Assembly (NCBI GenBank): GCA_043228905.1
Contig: JBHGNT010000011.1
Location: 15,996,001 to 16,060,000 of the forward strand
DNA length: 64,000 nt
Direction of reading: 5' to 3'
DNA from: Azolla caroliniana
Lineage: Eukaryota > Plantae > Polypodiophyta
In this document: positions 49,767 through 60,522 of the stretch, one piece after another
Position numbering within the stretch: position 1 is the first letter of the stretch
How the letters are laid out: every line of letters begins with the position of its first letter
Notes under the pieces: model-generated
Told to the model about the DNA's origin: nothing
What the model saw: the letters and a program-made list of their open reading frames with translations, nothing else
The model's database searches: none
Position numbers and translations under genes: made by a program

Positions 49767-50732
49767 AGACGGGCCGGTTTTCTCCGTCCCAACTCTCTTG
49801 GCGCATACCGGAGGATGCGCGGTTAGGTGGGGGCGGATGTCGTGGAGAAAACCGTCCATAAGCGGAATCGGCACACCAAGGCGTGGGAACCAGTTCTTCA
49901 CGCGCGCACGCTCCAAGTTGTAAGTAGAAGCGAATTAGAAGGATAATCGGCAGGAACGGGCCCTAACACAAGTGGAGACAAAGACCGCGCGAACAGTCTT
50001 TTCGGTCGCAAGCGCGAGCGAAGGAACTGTACGAGTCGGCGGCGTAACTACGTGGACGCGTGAAGGACGGAGCGGATCCCTGTCCAAAAGGGACAGGGAA
50101 TAAAGCTGACATGACGGCCTGCTCGTCGGCCTATATAAGGAGCAGGAAAGAGCTGTTGAAGGCATCTCGCGCAGAGAGGACGAAGTGCTGCCGGACCGTT
50201 TCTGGACGCTTCGCTCTCTGTTTCCTTCCTTCTTGAGCTCCATAGCTTTCTGTGCAGGGTTCCGAGGAGGCTCGCGCTGTTTTCGAGGAACGCCCGAGTG
50301 CTTCCGGCAGCACCTCCGACCTGCTACCCCCCCCCTTTGTGCATCGAGGCGAACAGGCATCGGCATCTGTTCGCCGGCCTGTTCGGTTGTAGACAACCTG
50401 TGCCCCATCGAGGGTTGTAGTCGTGTTAGCCATTTTTGTTAATATACATATTTAGTCATTCGCATCTGTCTGTGTCGGTGTCTGTTCGCGTTCTCCGTGC
50501 TGAAGGGCCGTGTCCCTGTGTACCCCCGGTCCTGCGTAGCCGGTTCTCTCTCTTTCTCCTCCCTCGCTTGCTCTTTGGTTCGAGGCCCCCGCGGTCCCGC
50601 CTCGTTTCCACACGCACTTGCGTAATATCTCGACAGCGTGCTACAAAATGCCGATGTGATTGCGACATACACACAAACTCGGTTAAGTCTCGAACCCATT
50701 TATTTTACCTTTTTTTTCTTATTGACACCACA

Positions 50733-51546
50733 ATGACGTCTAGACGGACTAAGGAACATAAGGATATACAAGACGAGGCTATAAGTAATGAGGACTTTTT
50801 TGATATGTTTAATCGTTTAACAAAAATAGAGATGGATATGAAAAAATGGGTGAAAGACACCGAAACCCACAAGAAAAAAGATAGAGAGGAAAAAGATGCC
50901 CTCAAGGCCGAAATAGAACACCTTAAAGTAGAAAACATCGACCATAAAAAACAACTTAAGGACATCGAGGTATCTCGAGAAGACGGTGAAATATCCTCTA
51001 TAGAGGATATAAAGGACGAAATTAAAAAAGTTAAAAGAGGAAGTTAATAATAACATAGAGTTAGCTAAAACGGGTTGGGTAGATGTGGTTAAAAGAAACA
51101 TTAAAAAAGAAATAAAAGATGAAAATATTGTTAATACCACCCTTGAAGAAGAGAAAATGCGTCAGGCCCGACGCTTAAATGTACGTGTCACTGGGCTCAA
51201 GGAAGGTGCATCCCCAAATGAGGAAGCACAAACACTTGGGAAAATGTTAGGGTACACAGAGGCCCTACCTATCACCAAAGCATGGAGGGCCGGGCGTGAC
51301 ACAACTAGGAAGAGAGCCTTAGTCCTTCAATTTAAAGACTTAGACTCTAGAATCACTTTCTTTAAGAAGAGACCAATCCTTCGAGGAATGGATGGGGAAC
51401 CCATCTATCTCGATGAAGACCTCACTAAGATGCAAATTGAGCATCGCAAGAGTTGTATGCCACAAGTTATGCAAGCTCGTAAAGAAGGCCATCGCGCCTT
51501 TTACCGAGACGGGCGAGTGATCATAAATGATCGCACTACTAATTGA
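50733..51546 (+). pseudogene. LINE ORF1 (coiled coil + RRM/CTD), frameshifted near 51035
   Basis: Charged coiled coil followed by RRLNVRVTGLKE and IYLDEDLT motifs typical of LINE ORF1p. Confidence 0.8.
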
Positions 51547-51552
51547 CGGCGT

Positions 51553-54500
51553 GTGGCCCATGTGACAGAAAATGCACTTAGGATGACCCTATGGAATTGT
51601 AATGGCGCACTCTGGGCACACCCCGACCGCCTAGAGGAGATACTAAAGGTATCTGATATACTTTTCTTGGTAGAAACACATCAGAGCCCAAATAGAGGAC
51701 TCCCACGGGTCGAAGGATTCCGTTGGGAGTCCGCTTTTAGACAAACCTCACGTTGACACACTACTAGGGGATCTGGAGGTGTCGCGATACTATTTCATAG
51801 AGAGCTACATAATAGGATAGAAATAATGAAGATAGACCCAGAAGCTCGTTTTATGTGGGTGAAAGTCTCCACAAGCAAAGACCATGCAGTATTTTTCGCC
51901 ATTTGTTACTTTCCCCCAAAAGGATCCCGTTATAATATTGGTGGCTTGACGAGATTAGTCGATGAAGGAATGCCACATGGGCCTTCTCCATACGAACCCC
52001 TATCGAATGACATAATCCGATATTCTTCCCAAGGAGAAGTATTTCTTGTAGGAGACTTCAATGCGAGAACCCAATCCCGACAATGCACAGTATTTCAGAT
52101 GAATAGAAACCTAGAAATGGTAAATGTTGATCCTTTAGACATAGGCACCACACGTAGATCAAAGGATCAAGGTGCGGACGCCACGAGCTTTGGCCATCAT
52201 CTGCTCGAACTTGGCAGTCGGCACCAGATGGTCATATATAATGGTTTAGCTAAGTGGCCGGGCTCGGAAGAGCTCACATGTTTCCCACATGGAGGAGGGG
52301 AAAGCACAGTTGACTATCTAATAGGGCGCCCTGAAGCTACCCACATGATTAACTCCTTTCGAGTGACCCCATGCCCTATTGGCGCAGACCATAGTTTCTT
52401 ATACTTCGAGCTAAAATGTGATATCTCTAAGGTCACCAAGTCTAGTCAACCATGCCATCACACCACAATACATTTCACACATGAGCTCTCTAACATATAC
52501 TCTCAACATGTTTAGGCCCATCTCCCCTCCCTTGATCCCTCCCTACCGTTAGAAAGCCTTAGTACAAAACTCACACACATCCTTCACTCCGCAGCAACTA
52601 GCAGTTTCCCATACACTCAAATCAAGGTAGATCAGGATCAATGCCACAAAATAAATGGTATGACGAGGATTGTAGGGACCTACATAGACAACTTACAGTA
52701 TCACAACTCAATGGTAGTATTACCTCCATACAAGCTCGCAAAGAAATGCGTAAGATGACACGTCGTAAGAGACGAGCGTGGGAGGCATCCCAATACTGGG
52801 AACTCTACCATATGCTCATGAGTAGCGATTGCGCCACGGCATGGAAGAGACTACAGGAGCCAAGACCACAAACACCCATCGAAGATCCCGAAACTTGGCA
52901 CACATATACAGAGAGACTTTACCAAATCCCAAACCAACCACCCTTTCCAATGCCTTCCACACCCCGGCCTACCACGGGGACACTTTTCACGACCTCTAGG
53001 GTCATGAAGGTCATAAAGAAATTACAACATAGGAAGTCCATGGACCACACAGGATTGTGAGCAGAACACATTATATATGCGAGAGAGTGCCTAGCTCCCT
53101 TGCTAACTCTAATCTTCAATCGTGCCCTTGCGGAGGGTTTTCCACCACAGTGGACTATGAATACAGTGGCCCCCATACATAAAGGGGGGGACCCCATGGA
53201 CCCAAATACATATAGGACCATTATGATAGGCCATACCCTTGTTAAGTTATATGGTGCAGTAATGGAAGCAGAGCTTAGCGACTACATAGAGACCCTAAAC
53301 CTTTGTGCACCTGAACAAGCTGGCTTTAGACGAGCCTTCTCCACTATTGATCATATCTTCACACTTAGATGCCTAATTGACCAAACTAAGGCTCTCAAGA
53401 AGAAATTATATTGTTGTTTTGTGGACTTCCGCAAAGCCTTTGACACAGTCCCTAGAGAGCAGTTGTTTGATAGACTTAAAAGCTTGAGGATACCAGATGA
53501 TATGGTATGGGCCATCTACGTACTATATGAACAAGTGTCCGGGTGTGTCCGATGCCCAGGTGGCCTATCCAATCGTTTCACTAGCACTATTGGTGTAAAA
53601 CAAGGTTGCCCCCTATCACCGACGCTTTTTGGGATCTACATTGATGAGATCACAGATTTTATTGCTCGTGAGGGAGGCATCGGAGTGGTCCTTGGGGATA
53701 CGCAGGTTCGTATCTTGCTCTATGCGGATGACATAGTTTTGCTCTCTGAATCCGAACACGACCTACAGAGGCACCTTAATGCCTTAGATGACTTTTGTGT
53801 ACAACGAGGATTGGTAGTGAATCTAGGGAAAACGAAAGTCCTTATCTTCCACACATCGGCCCAAGTTAGAGCTAAGTGTCACCTAACTATCTCCCATAGC
53901 CCAGTCGAGGTGGTTGGATCGTACGTCTATCTCGGAGTCACTTTTAGTGCCCGCTCAGGTAAATTTTCGATGACACAGGCAGCGAAGGATAGACTCACGA
54001 GAGGACATGCATCCCTCTCACTCCTAGAGAGACAATGCCACCAAGCACACTTTCAAGAGCCACGAACTAAAGGGTGGCTCTTTGACTCATTAGTGACCCC
54101 CTCCCTCATGTATGCATCAGCGGTTTGGGCTCCAGGATTACCATCTTTCATGTGGACGCAATTAGAGAGACCATTGGTGATGATGCTATCACGCCAACTC
54201 CGAAGCAAATCGATTGTACCACATGACATTATTAGGGCCGAGTTCACGTTACCCCCAATGCTAGTAGAGGCACTTTTTCAACTTGTAGTCTTCATTAATA
54301 GGATACATAGCCAACCACATGATAGAATATCTCATCAAGCCTTTAAGGCCTCTCGATCATTGTATGAGTCCGGCTATACTAGCTCATGGTATGGCATGAT
54401 GGTGAGTTGGCTTCTTGCGAATGGTCTAGACATTAATAACCTACATCCCCTTAGGTACAACCACACGAGTGATAACACCTTAATCTCTCATGAGAACCGC

Positions 54501-55277
54501 AATAAAGTAATACGCCAAGAAATATGGCAAATTTACACTCGGTGTAAATGGATCACCCCACTAGAGCCACTCCCATCTAAAATGTTGTACTATAAGAAAC
54601 ACTTCATGCACTTCTCTGAGTTAGGTTTTATCACGCGGCCAAAATATCTAGATGTATTCTTACCACATGCACTAAGGGTTGCCATTGGACAACTTAGAAT
54701 ATCATCTCACCAACTTGAGATTGAAAATGGTCGTACTAGTGGAGTCCCTAGGGAGGAAAGGATATGTAGGTTATGTCACATAGAGATAGAGGATGAGTAC
54801 CACTTTACATGCAAGTGTCCAACCTATGCCGAGATAAGGGCAAAATACCAAGACATACTTGGTCCGTCTCCCACCCTCCCCAAACTATTAGATACTCTAG
54901 ATATAAAGAAATTAGGCAAATACATTCTAGAGCTAAAACAACACAGAGAGAATAAGTTACAAAATGTTGACAATAATGTTGCTAATGATCACGAACATGT
55001 AACAAATGAAGTTTTTCAGGAACCTGAGGAGGCAACGAATGCCGACACACTTGCACCACTCGGCCTTTCCATTGATGAAGCAGAAAACCAGAGAAGAACC
55101 AGACGTCCTCGGGTGCCGGGTTTCAAAGCAACTCGACGTGATGTGGAAGCAATATTGAAAATAAGGGAACGTGAGCTACACCGCCTAGAAGCCATGGCTA
55201 GGGCACTCTCTACATTGGAACCCACATCAAGACCCTTTGACCCCCCACTTCTTTTCGAGAGGCTTGGGTGGAAATAA
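51553..55277 (+). pseudogene. LINE ORF2 (AP endonuclease-RT-Cys/His domain) with stops at 51754, 52513 and 53058 and a frameshift near 52630
   Basis: LWNCNG, LVETH, GSGGVAI, VGDFNART, STVDY, ADH; EQAGFR, FVDFRKAFDTV, GVKQGCPLSPTLF, LLYADD; LRISSHQLEIENGR...CRLC...EDEYHF..KCP. Confidence 0.92.
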
Positions 55278-55658
55278 AATTAGGCTTAGTGTATAGTCAC
55301 TTTCGAGTATACTACATATTGTACACTACTAGAACTCTTTTAGTTTAAGTTCTATTTTTTACTTAATTTTATTTTAGTTATGATTACTGGATAAATACTC
55401 TATTGTTGTAAACCAATTGTCTCATGGGCCAAATTTGGCCTTAGAAGACGTTAATATATCTTTCTTTCTTTCTTTCTTTCTCCCTTTTTATCTTCTTCTT
55501 CTTCTTTGCCAAATTTCCATTCCTATCCTCCGTCTTATTCTTATTTATTTACATAATTATTCCATTGCTCTGTACATCTTATTGCTTGTATGAACGAAGA
55601 CAGCGAGATGCCCTGCTCTCCCTCCCCTGTTCTCTTCTGTGTCTGATCGATCGATAAT

Positions 55659-58600
55659 ATGGCCATGCCTTCGAAGCCTTTTCTCTGTGCATCTCGCGCT
55701 GCCTTGACCTCTCGTCGGCGACTCTGCTCTTCCTTTTCTTCTTCTTCTTCTTCTTCTTCTTCTTCTTCTTCTTCTTCTTCTTCTTCTTCTTCTTCGTCGT
55801 CGTCGTCGTCGTCTCCTCAGGTGCAGCAATGCAGTCAGCCTATTCGATTAGAGAAACCTGCGTCAAGGGTATTGAACGGAGCCCATAGAAGTACTTCCAG
55901 TGAGGTGCTGCAATCTCATGCAGAGAAGAATTCGGGTTAGTTTACCTCATCTTTTCTTGTAGAGATTATGATGATGGTGAATGGTGGTGATGATAGCGAA
56001 GGCGACGATATTTTAATGTCCACGGGCCCAACATGCCCAATGGTAGGAAATTTTCGAATCATTGAAAAGAAACAAAATGTAAAAGCCTGACATGAGCAAT
56101 TAAAGCTGGTTGCCAAAATCTCACTGTTTTTATCTTCCATGGTTCTGTCCTCAGTAGGAGTTCCTGAAAGCTAGTAGAACCTTACAGGAATTTCTGGAAA
56201 CGTGCCTAATGTCCTTATATGCTTGCATTCTAAAGTGACATTTTTCTGGTATGATGTCACAGCATAGTTCAAGATTTCTCTTTTCCTGCTCAATATTCAG
56301 CCAACCCTCTTCGAGCATAGTTCAAGATTTCTTGTTTCCTGCTCGATATTCAACCAACCCTCTTCAATTTCCAATGTATGTGAGCAGGTCAGCCTCAGCA
56401 ACCTTCCCAACATAATATTGTGACAATAGCACTCAAACTTAGATGTATGTGTGATTGTTTTCCAATATTCTGTGTGGAGTGCTTCCAATGTTGCTGAGTA
56501 AAAGATTGACTCATGTCCATTTCTTTTCCTATACATGTACATCCAAACATTCTTCAATTGTCCATCTCGCTAACCATTTTCTGATGCCCTGCATCCAACT
56601 GGATGAAAGAAAAAACTGTTTTTATGGTTTTTTGTGGTAAGCATCAACTTTCCCATTTGTTTTTATGGGAAGGCCATTTCAGGCAATGCTTTTACTTTCA
56701 ATACGTGCTCATAAACTCTTTGAAGGGCAGAAAGCTCTGCTCACCTTCTTCCAGTTTCTAGAAACATTAAAGAATACCAAGTTCCATATAGCAGAGGTTT
56801 GCACCAATATTACTGCTTTAATCTACCATCTTTGGGTTGTGCCCAAATGCCACATGATCTCAAATTTTAGATACCATCACTTTGATCTCCCATCTCTGGG
56901 TTGTGCTCAACTGCCACATGCTCCTAAATTCATAGTATTGGACTGTGTTGACTTCATCTTTTCTACTTGGACACCTGATCCAAAAGTGTTGACCAAGAAT
57001 GTCAATTTCAAAGTATTTCAAAACTGTGACAGTTACACTATGGCTGCTGATTTTCAGATTTGATAGTACCTGTAACCACGATTTGATCTTAGCCATGTTG
57101 ATTACTAGAACATGTCTAACATTTTTGTTTCTCCTGTTTTAGAATTCCTCATTGAATTGATGATAGTATAATGACAAAAAAAGTAGGAATGAAATGATTG
57201 GAAGTTCAAAGTTGTGGAAATCTATCCTCCAGCATTAAATGGACTTGGAAGATTATATGACAAGTGTTGCAGGAATTGATTATTTGTGATGAGAAGTGTA
57301 AATGGTTTTAAACACATCCCTCTATTCAATTACTCAGATGGTCAATTAATTTATATGATTTTATGTCCAACATTCTCTGTTTCAAACATGCAGCTGTCGG
57401 TTTCAAATATGATACACCATTGAAGGTACTTCTGTACCCGGATCCAAGATTAAGGGCCAAGAACAAGAGAATCACTACTTTCGATGAGAAGCTAGAAACA
57501 TTTGCCAGGGAAATGTTTCAAGTTATGTATGAGTAAGTTCTTAAACCTGTAAGCATTTATGGTGTTAGCTGTAGGTTTGAAGCTCATAGGAGGATAAGAA
57601 ATTGTCCTCACTTTTAATTTTATTATTTGTTGCATTCAAAATAACTTAATACTTGTATTTTTTTTTGCTCATTTGCATCTAGGACTGATGGGGTAGGTCT
57701 ATCAGCCCCACAAGTAGGGGTTAATGTACAGCTAATGGTTTTCAATCCTGAAGGTGAAAAAGGAAAAGGGGAGGAAATTGTGCTTGTGAATCCAAAAATA
57801 TTCAAGTATTCAAATAAGCACTCTCTTTTTACTGAAGGATGCTTATCGTTTCCTGGAATGGAGGCAGATGTGGAAGTAAGTTACAAACTAGTATATTGAT
57901 ATTGAACGGTTTTGATCTGTTATATTGTGATCCCCAAAATTCATTATAATGTTTTTGTTCATTAAGTAGAGACCAGTGGCAGTCAAGATTGAAGCACAAG
58001 ATATTAAAGGGAAGCAATTTGGCATTCATTTGAAAGGTTTTCAAGCAAGAATATTTCAACATGAGTATGATCATCTCAAGGTATATTCGCATGTGCATAA
58101 GTATTAATAGTTTTTAAAGTTAGGCAGAAGTGAAGGTGAAACCAGCTTTTGGAACTTTAAGAGGGCCATAGAATGCCAATTGGACTATAATTTTATAAAA
58201 TTCACTGCTGGAGGAATGTTACTTAAATGAAGTAACAACTCCTAATGTTATTTTTGGCTGGCCAAGTCTCAATTTCACATCCAGGGACCTGTATTGATCC
58301 TGAACAAGGAAGTTGACACCTTGTCAGTCCCAAAGACTAGGCCACTTTTACTATTGTTGTTTTACTTTTAACTAATAGAAGTGATACAATAAGATAGAGT
58401 CTGAAGCCTAAAAGGACAACTATCATAGCACTCTAATATGTTCCTCATTTTCTCTAAAGTTGAATTTCAAGTCCTATGTCAAAAGTAATAATCGGCAACG
58501 ATTCGGTTCGGTTCAAGAGGGTCCAACCTGAACCGGTTAAATTTTTTGAAACCTGAACCAAACCAAACCAAACCATGAAACCGTTAAACAATTTTCAAAC

Positions 58601-60522
58601 CGGAAAAACCACGGTTTCGTGGTTCGGTTTCGGTTTTCAACATAGGTCAAAATTTTAATTTTTAATATTTCATTATTTTAATTTTTTTAAATTTTTAAGA
58701 TGTTCCGAAAATGTGAGAATAAGGTCTAAAAATGAAAAGATTGTTTAAAACCAATTTTTTAAAATTTTAAAATTTTTTCTAAATTTAAAATAAAAATAAA
58801 AAACCATTTAAACCGCGGTTTCTGACTGTTGAAACCGAATCGAACCATTGAAACCGTTAAGCCGCGGTTCGGTTCGAACCATTGCCGATTGTTAGTCAAA
58901 AGTGAGGTTTGTTTGAATAATGTAAGTCTTGTTTATTCTACCAAATGTCACCTCTTCAAAGAATATATGTTTGCTCTCTCAGTTATAATTTCTAAGTAAC
59001 TGGTTGGCGAAAGGGGAATGCAGACAATATGTGCCCTTTTTGTACGGATCTAGTACAGGCGGCTAAGTATTGTTCATTGAGTTGTGACATTGCGATGGAA
59101 ATATGGAAAAGAATCATAATACTGTTAATACCAATATATCCTTGAGCAGTGTATGCATGGGGAGCAGTATTATGGGCAGTGGTACAAGATAAACCAATGG
59201 TATATGAACAAGAGAATGTTGCAGATGCTATTGCTATGAGACATGGTTTGATGCAAAAAACATTGATACCTTCGAATCCACAAATATAGATTGATAAACG
59301 TGAAATATGGCAATTGGTAATTAGTATCACAATTTGGTATATTTGGAAGGATTGATGTTTGAAGGTATTCCAAATTATTATTAAAAGACCTGCCTAAATA
59401 AATTCTGGGATTTGGACTGAGATCATGCATAATCTCAAAGGTTCTTTGGATAGCATAAAAGGTAATACGCACTAGGCGGAGCTCAAACTATTGGAGTTCA
59501 TGCCATCTAGGAGAAAGGCATATTTTATAGATTGATTTCTGATAAGGTGGAGTGGATCTACTCTACACTGAAGTATTTATTTAAGCTAACAATTAGAATT
59601 TTGAAGAAGGGCTCATTACCGAAAGGTACATCTTTTATGTAAGGCCTTAGGGCATTTCTTAATACTAATGTAGTATCATTTTTTTGGAAAAAATAAAATA
59701 AAAAATCTAAGTGACTTAGTGTAGGGGCTAGTTACAGCAACTTTACAAAGCATGATTTTATGAATGGATACAAATACCTCCTCCACTCACATTAGAATTT
59801 AATGCTTACTAGACTAACCAAATGACATCAAAAGACTTTTGTTAGAACAATGCAAATCTTTCTCATTTTGCCAAGCGTTGCCTCTTCAAAAAAATATCAA
59901 CTCATGATAAGTTTTTAAGGAACATTATTTTTTAGAGCCTAACCTGCAACAGTTTTCTATGTCACATCATTACTGTTGGATGTACACACATCAAAATCCA
60001 ATTGTAAGGGGACCAACCACATGCCCCCCCCAGGACCTTCTGGCTTTGTCTCCTCAGGTATATAGGCCATTGGCTCTTTGCCATTTCAAGCTAGCCTTGC
60101 AATGTGCTCATGCCTTCCAGAAAAACAAATAAAAAATTTGTATAGCTATAAAATAATTTCAGAAATAACAAACATAACACATCAAGGTGATAGAAAGTAG
60201 GTGTTGCATGCTTGTTTCCGTTTTAGTTCTTCAATAATATTATCTTTTTATCGTTACAGTCTGTGCTCTTCTTTGAAAGAATGTCACCAACTGTTCTTGA
60301 CACAGTAATTCCATTTCTAAAGGTATCTACAGTATTATTTTGTAGTCAAGTTGCAAAGATGATTCATGCACTGCATATGGATGTAGTGTGTGAATCTCAT
60401 CATGCCATATTAAAACTTACCAGCAGTTTTAATAGTGATTTATTAACTTTCAGAAGCTGGAAAATAATTATGAGCAAAAAACTGGATTACCTGCACCAGA
60501 GAGAGTGAAGAGCAAGAAGTGA
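55659..60522 (+). CDS. PDF1B: Organellar peptide deformylase 1B, 6 exons, Ser-rich transit peptide
   Basis: Exons 55659-55935, 57394-57532, 57683-57875, 57970-58080, 60260-60322, 60454-60522 (phases consistent); motifs YPDPRLR, GVGLSAPQVG, EGCLS, QHEYDHL; exon 1 assignment is less certain. Confidence 0.92.
55729..55813. repeat. (TCT)n/(TCG)n microsatellite encoding poly-Ser in the PDF transit peptide
   Basis: Direct reading, in frame with ATG 55659. Confidence 0.85.
58486..58894. mobile_element. hAT-type MITE (same family as 42409-42857, opposite orientation) in PDF intron 4
   Basis: TIRs TAATAATCGGCAACG / CCATTGCCGATTGTTA; perfect 8-bp TSD GTCAAAAG. Confidence 0.9.
59000..59705 (+). mobile_element. 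Decayed L1-type LINE 3' fragment with A-rich tail in PDF intron 4
   Basis: EIWQLVISITIWYIWKD*CLKVF-like motif; A-rich end at ~59686-59705. Confidence 0.6.

Larger units (their letters stand above)
43319..50635 (+). mobile_element. GC-rich non-chromovirus Ty3/gypsy LTR retrotransposon; LTRs 43319-44116 and 49838-50635 (798 bp), 4-bp TSD GCGT, tRNA-Trp PBS 44121-44138, PPT 49825-49837
   Basis: TGTCG...CGACA termini; about 10 differences between LTRs by eye; TATATAA at 43613; PBS TGGTGAACCCGACGTGAA. Confidence 0.96.
42950..55481 (+). mobile_element. Near full-length RTE-X-like LINE (5' UTR interrupted by an LTR element), ORF1 + EN-RT ORF2, (CTTT)n tail
   Basis: The LTR element's TSD (GCGT) joins the GC-rich 42950-43318 segment to 50636-50732 upstream of ORF1; 3' end GAAGACGTTAATATAT(CTTT)n; 5' boundary inferred. 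Confidence 0.78.
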
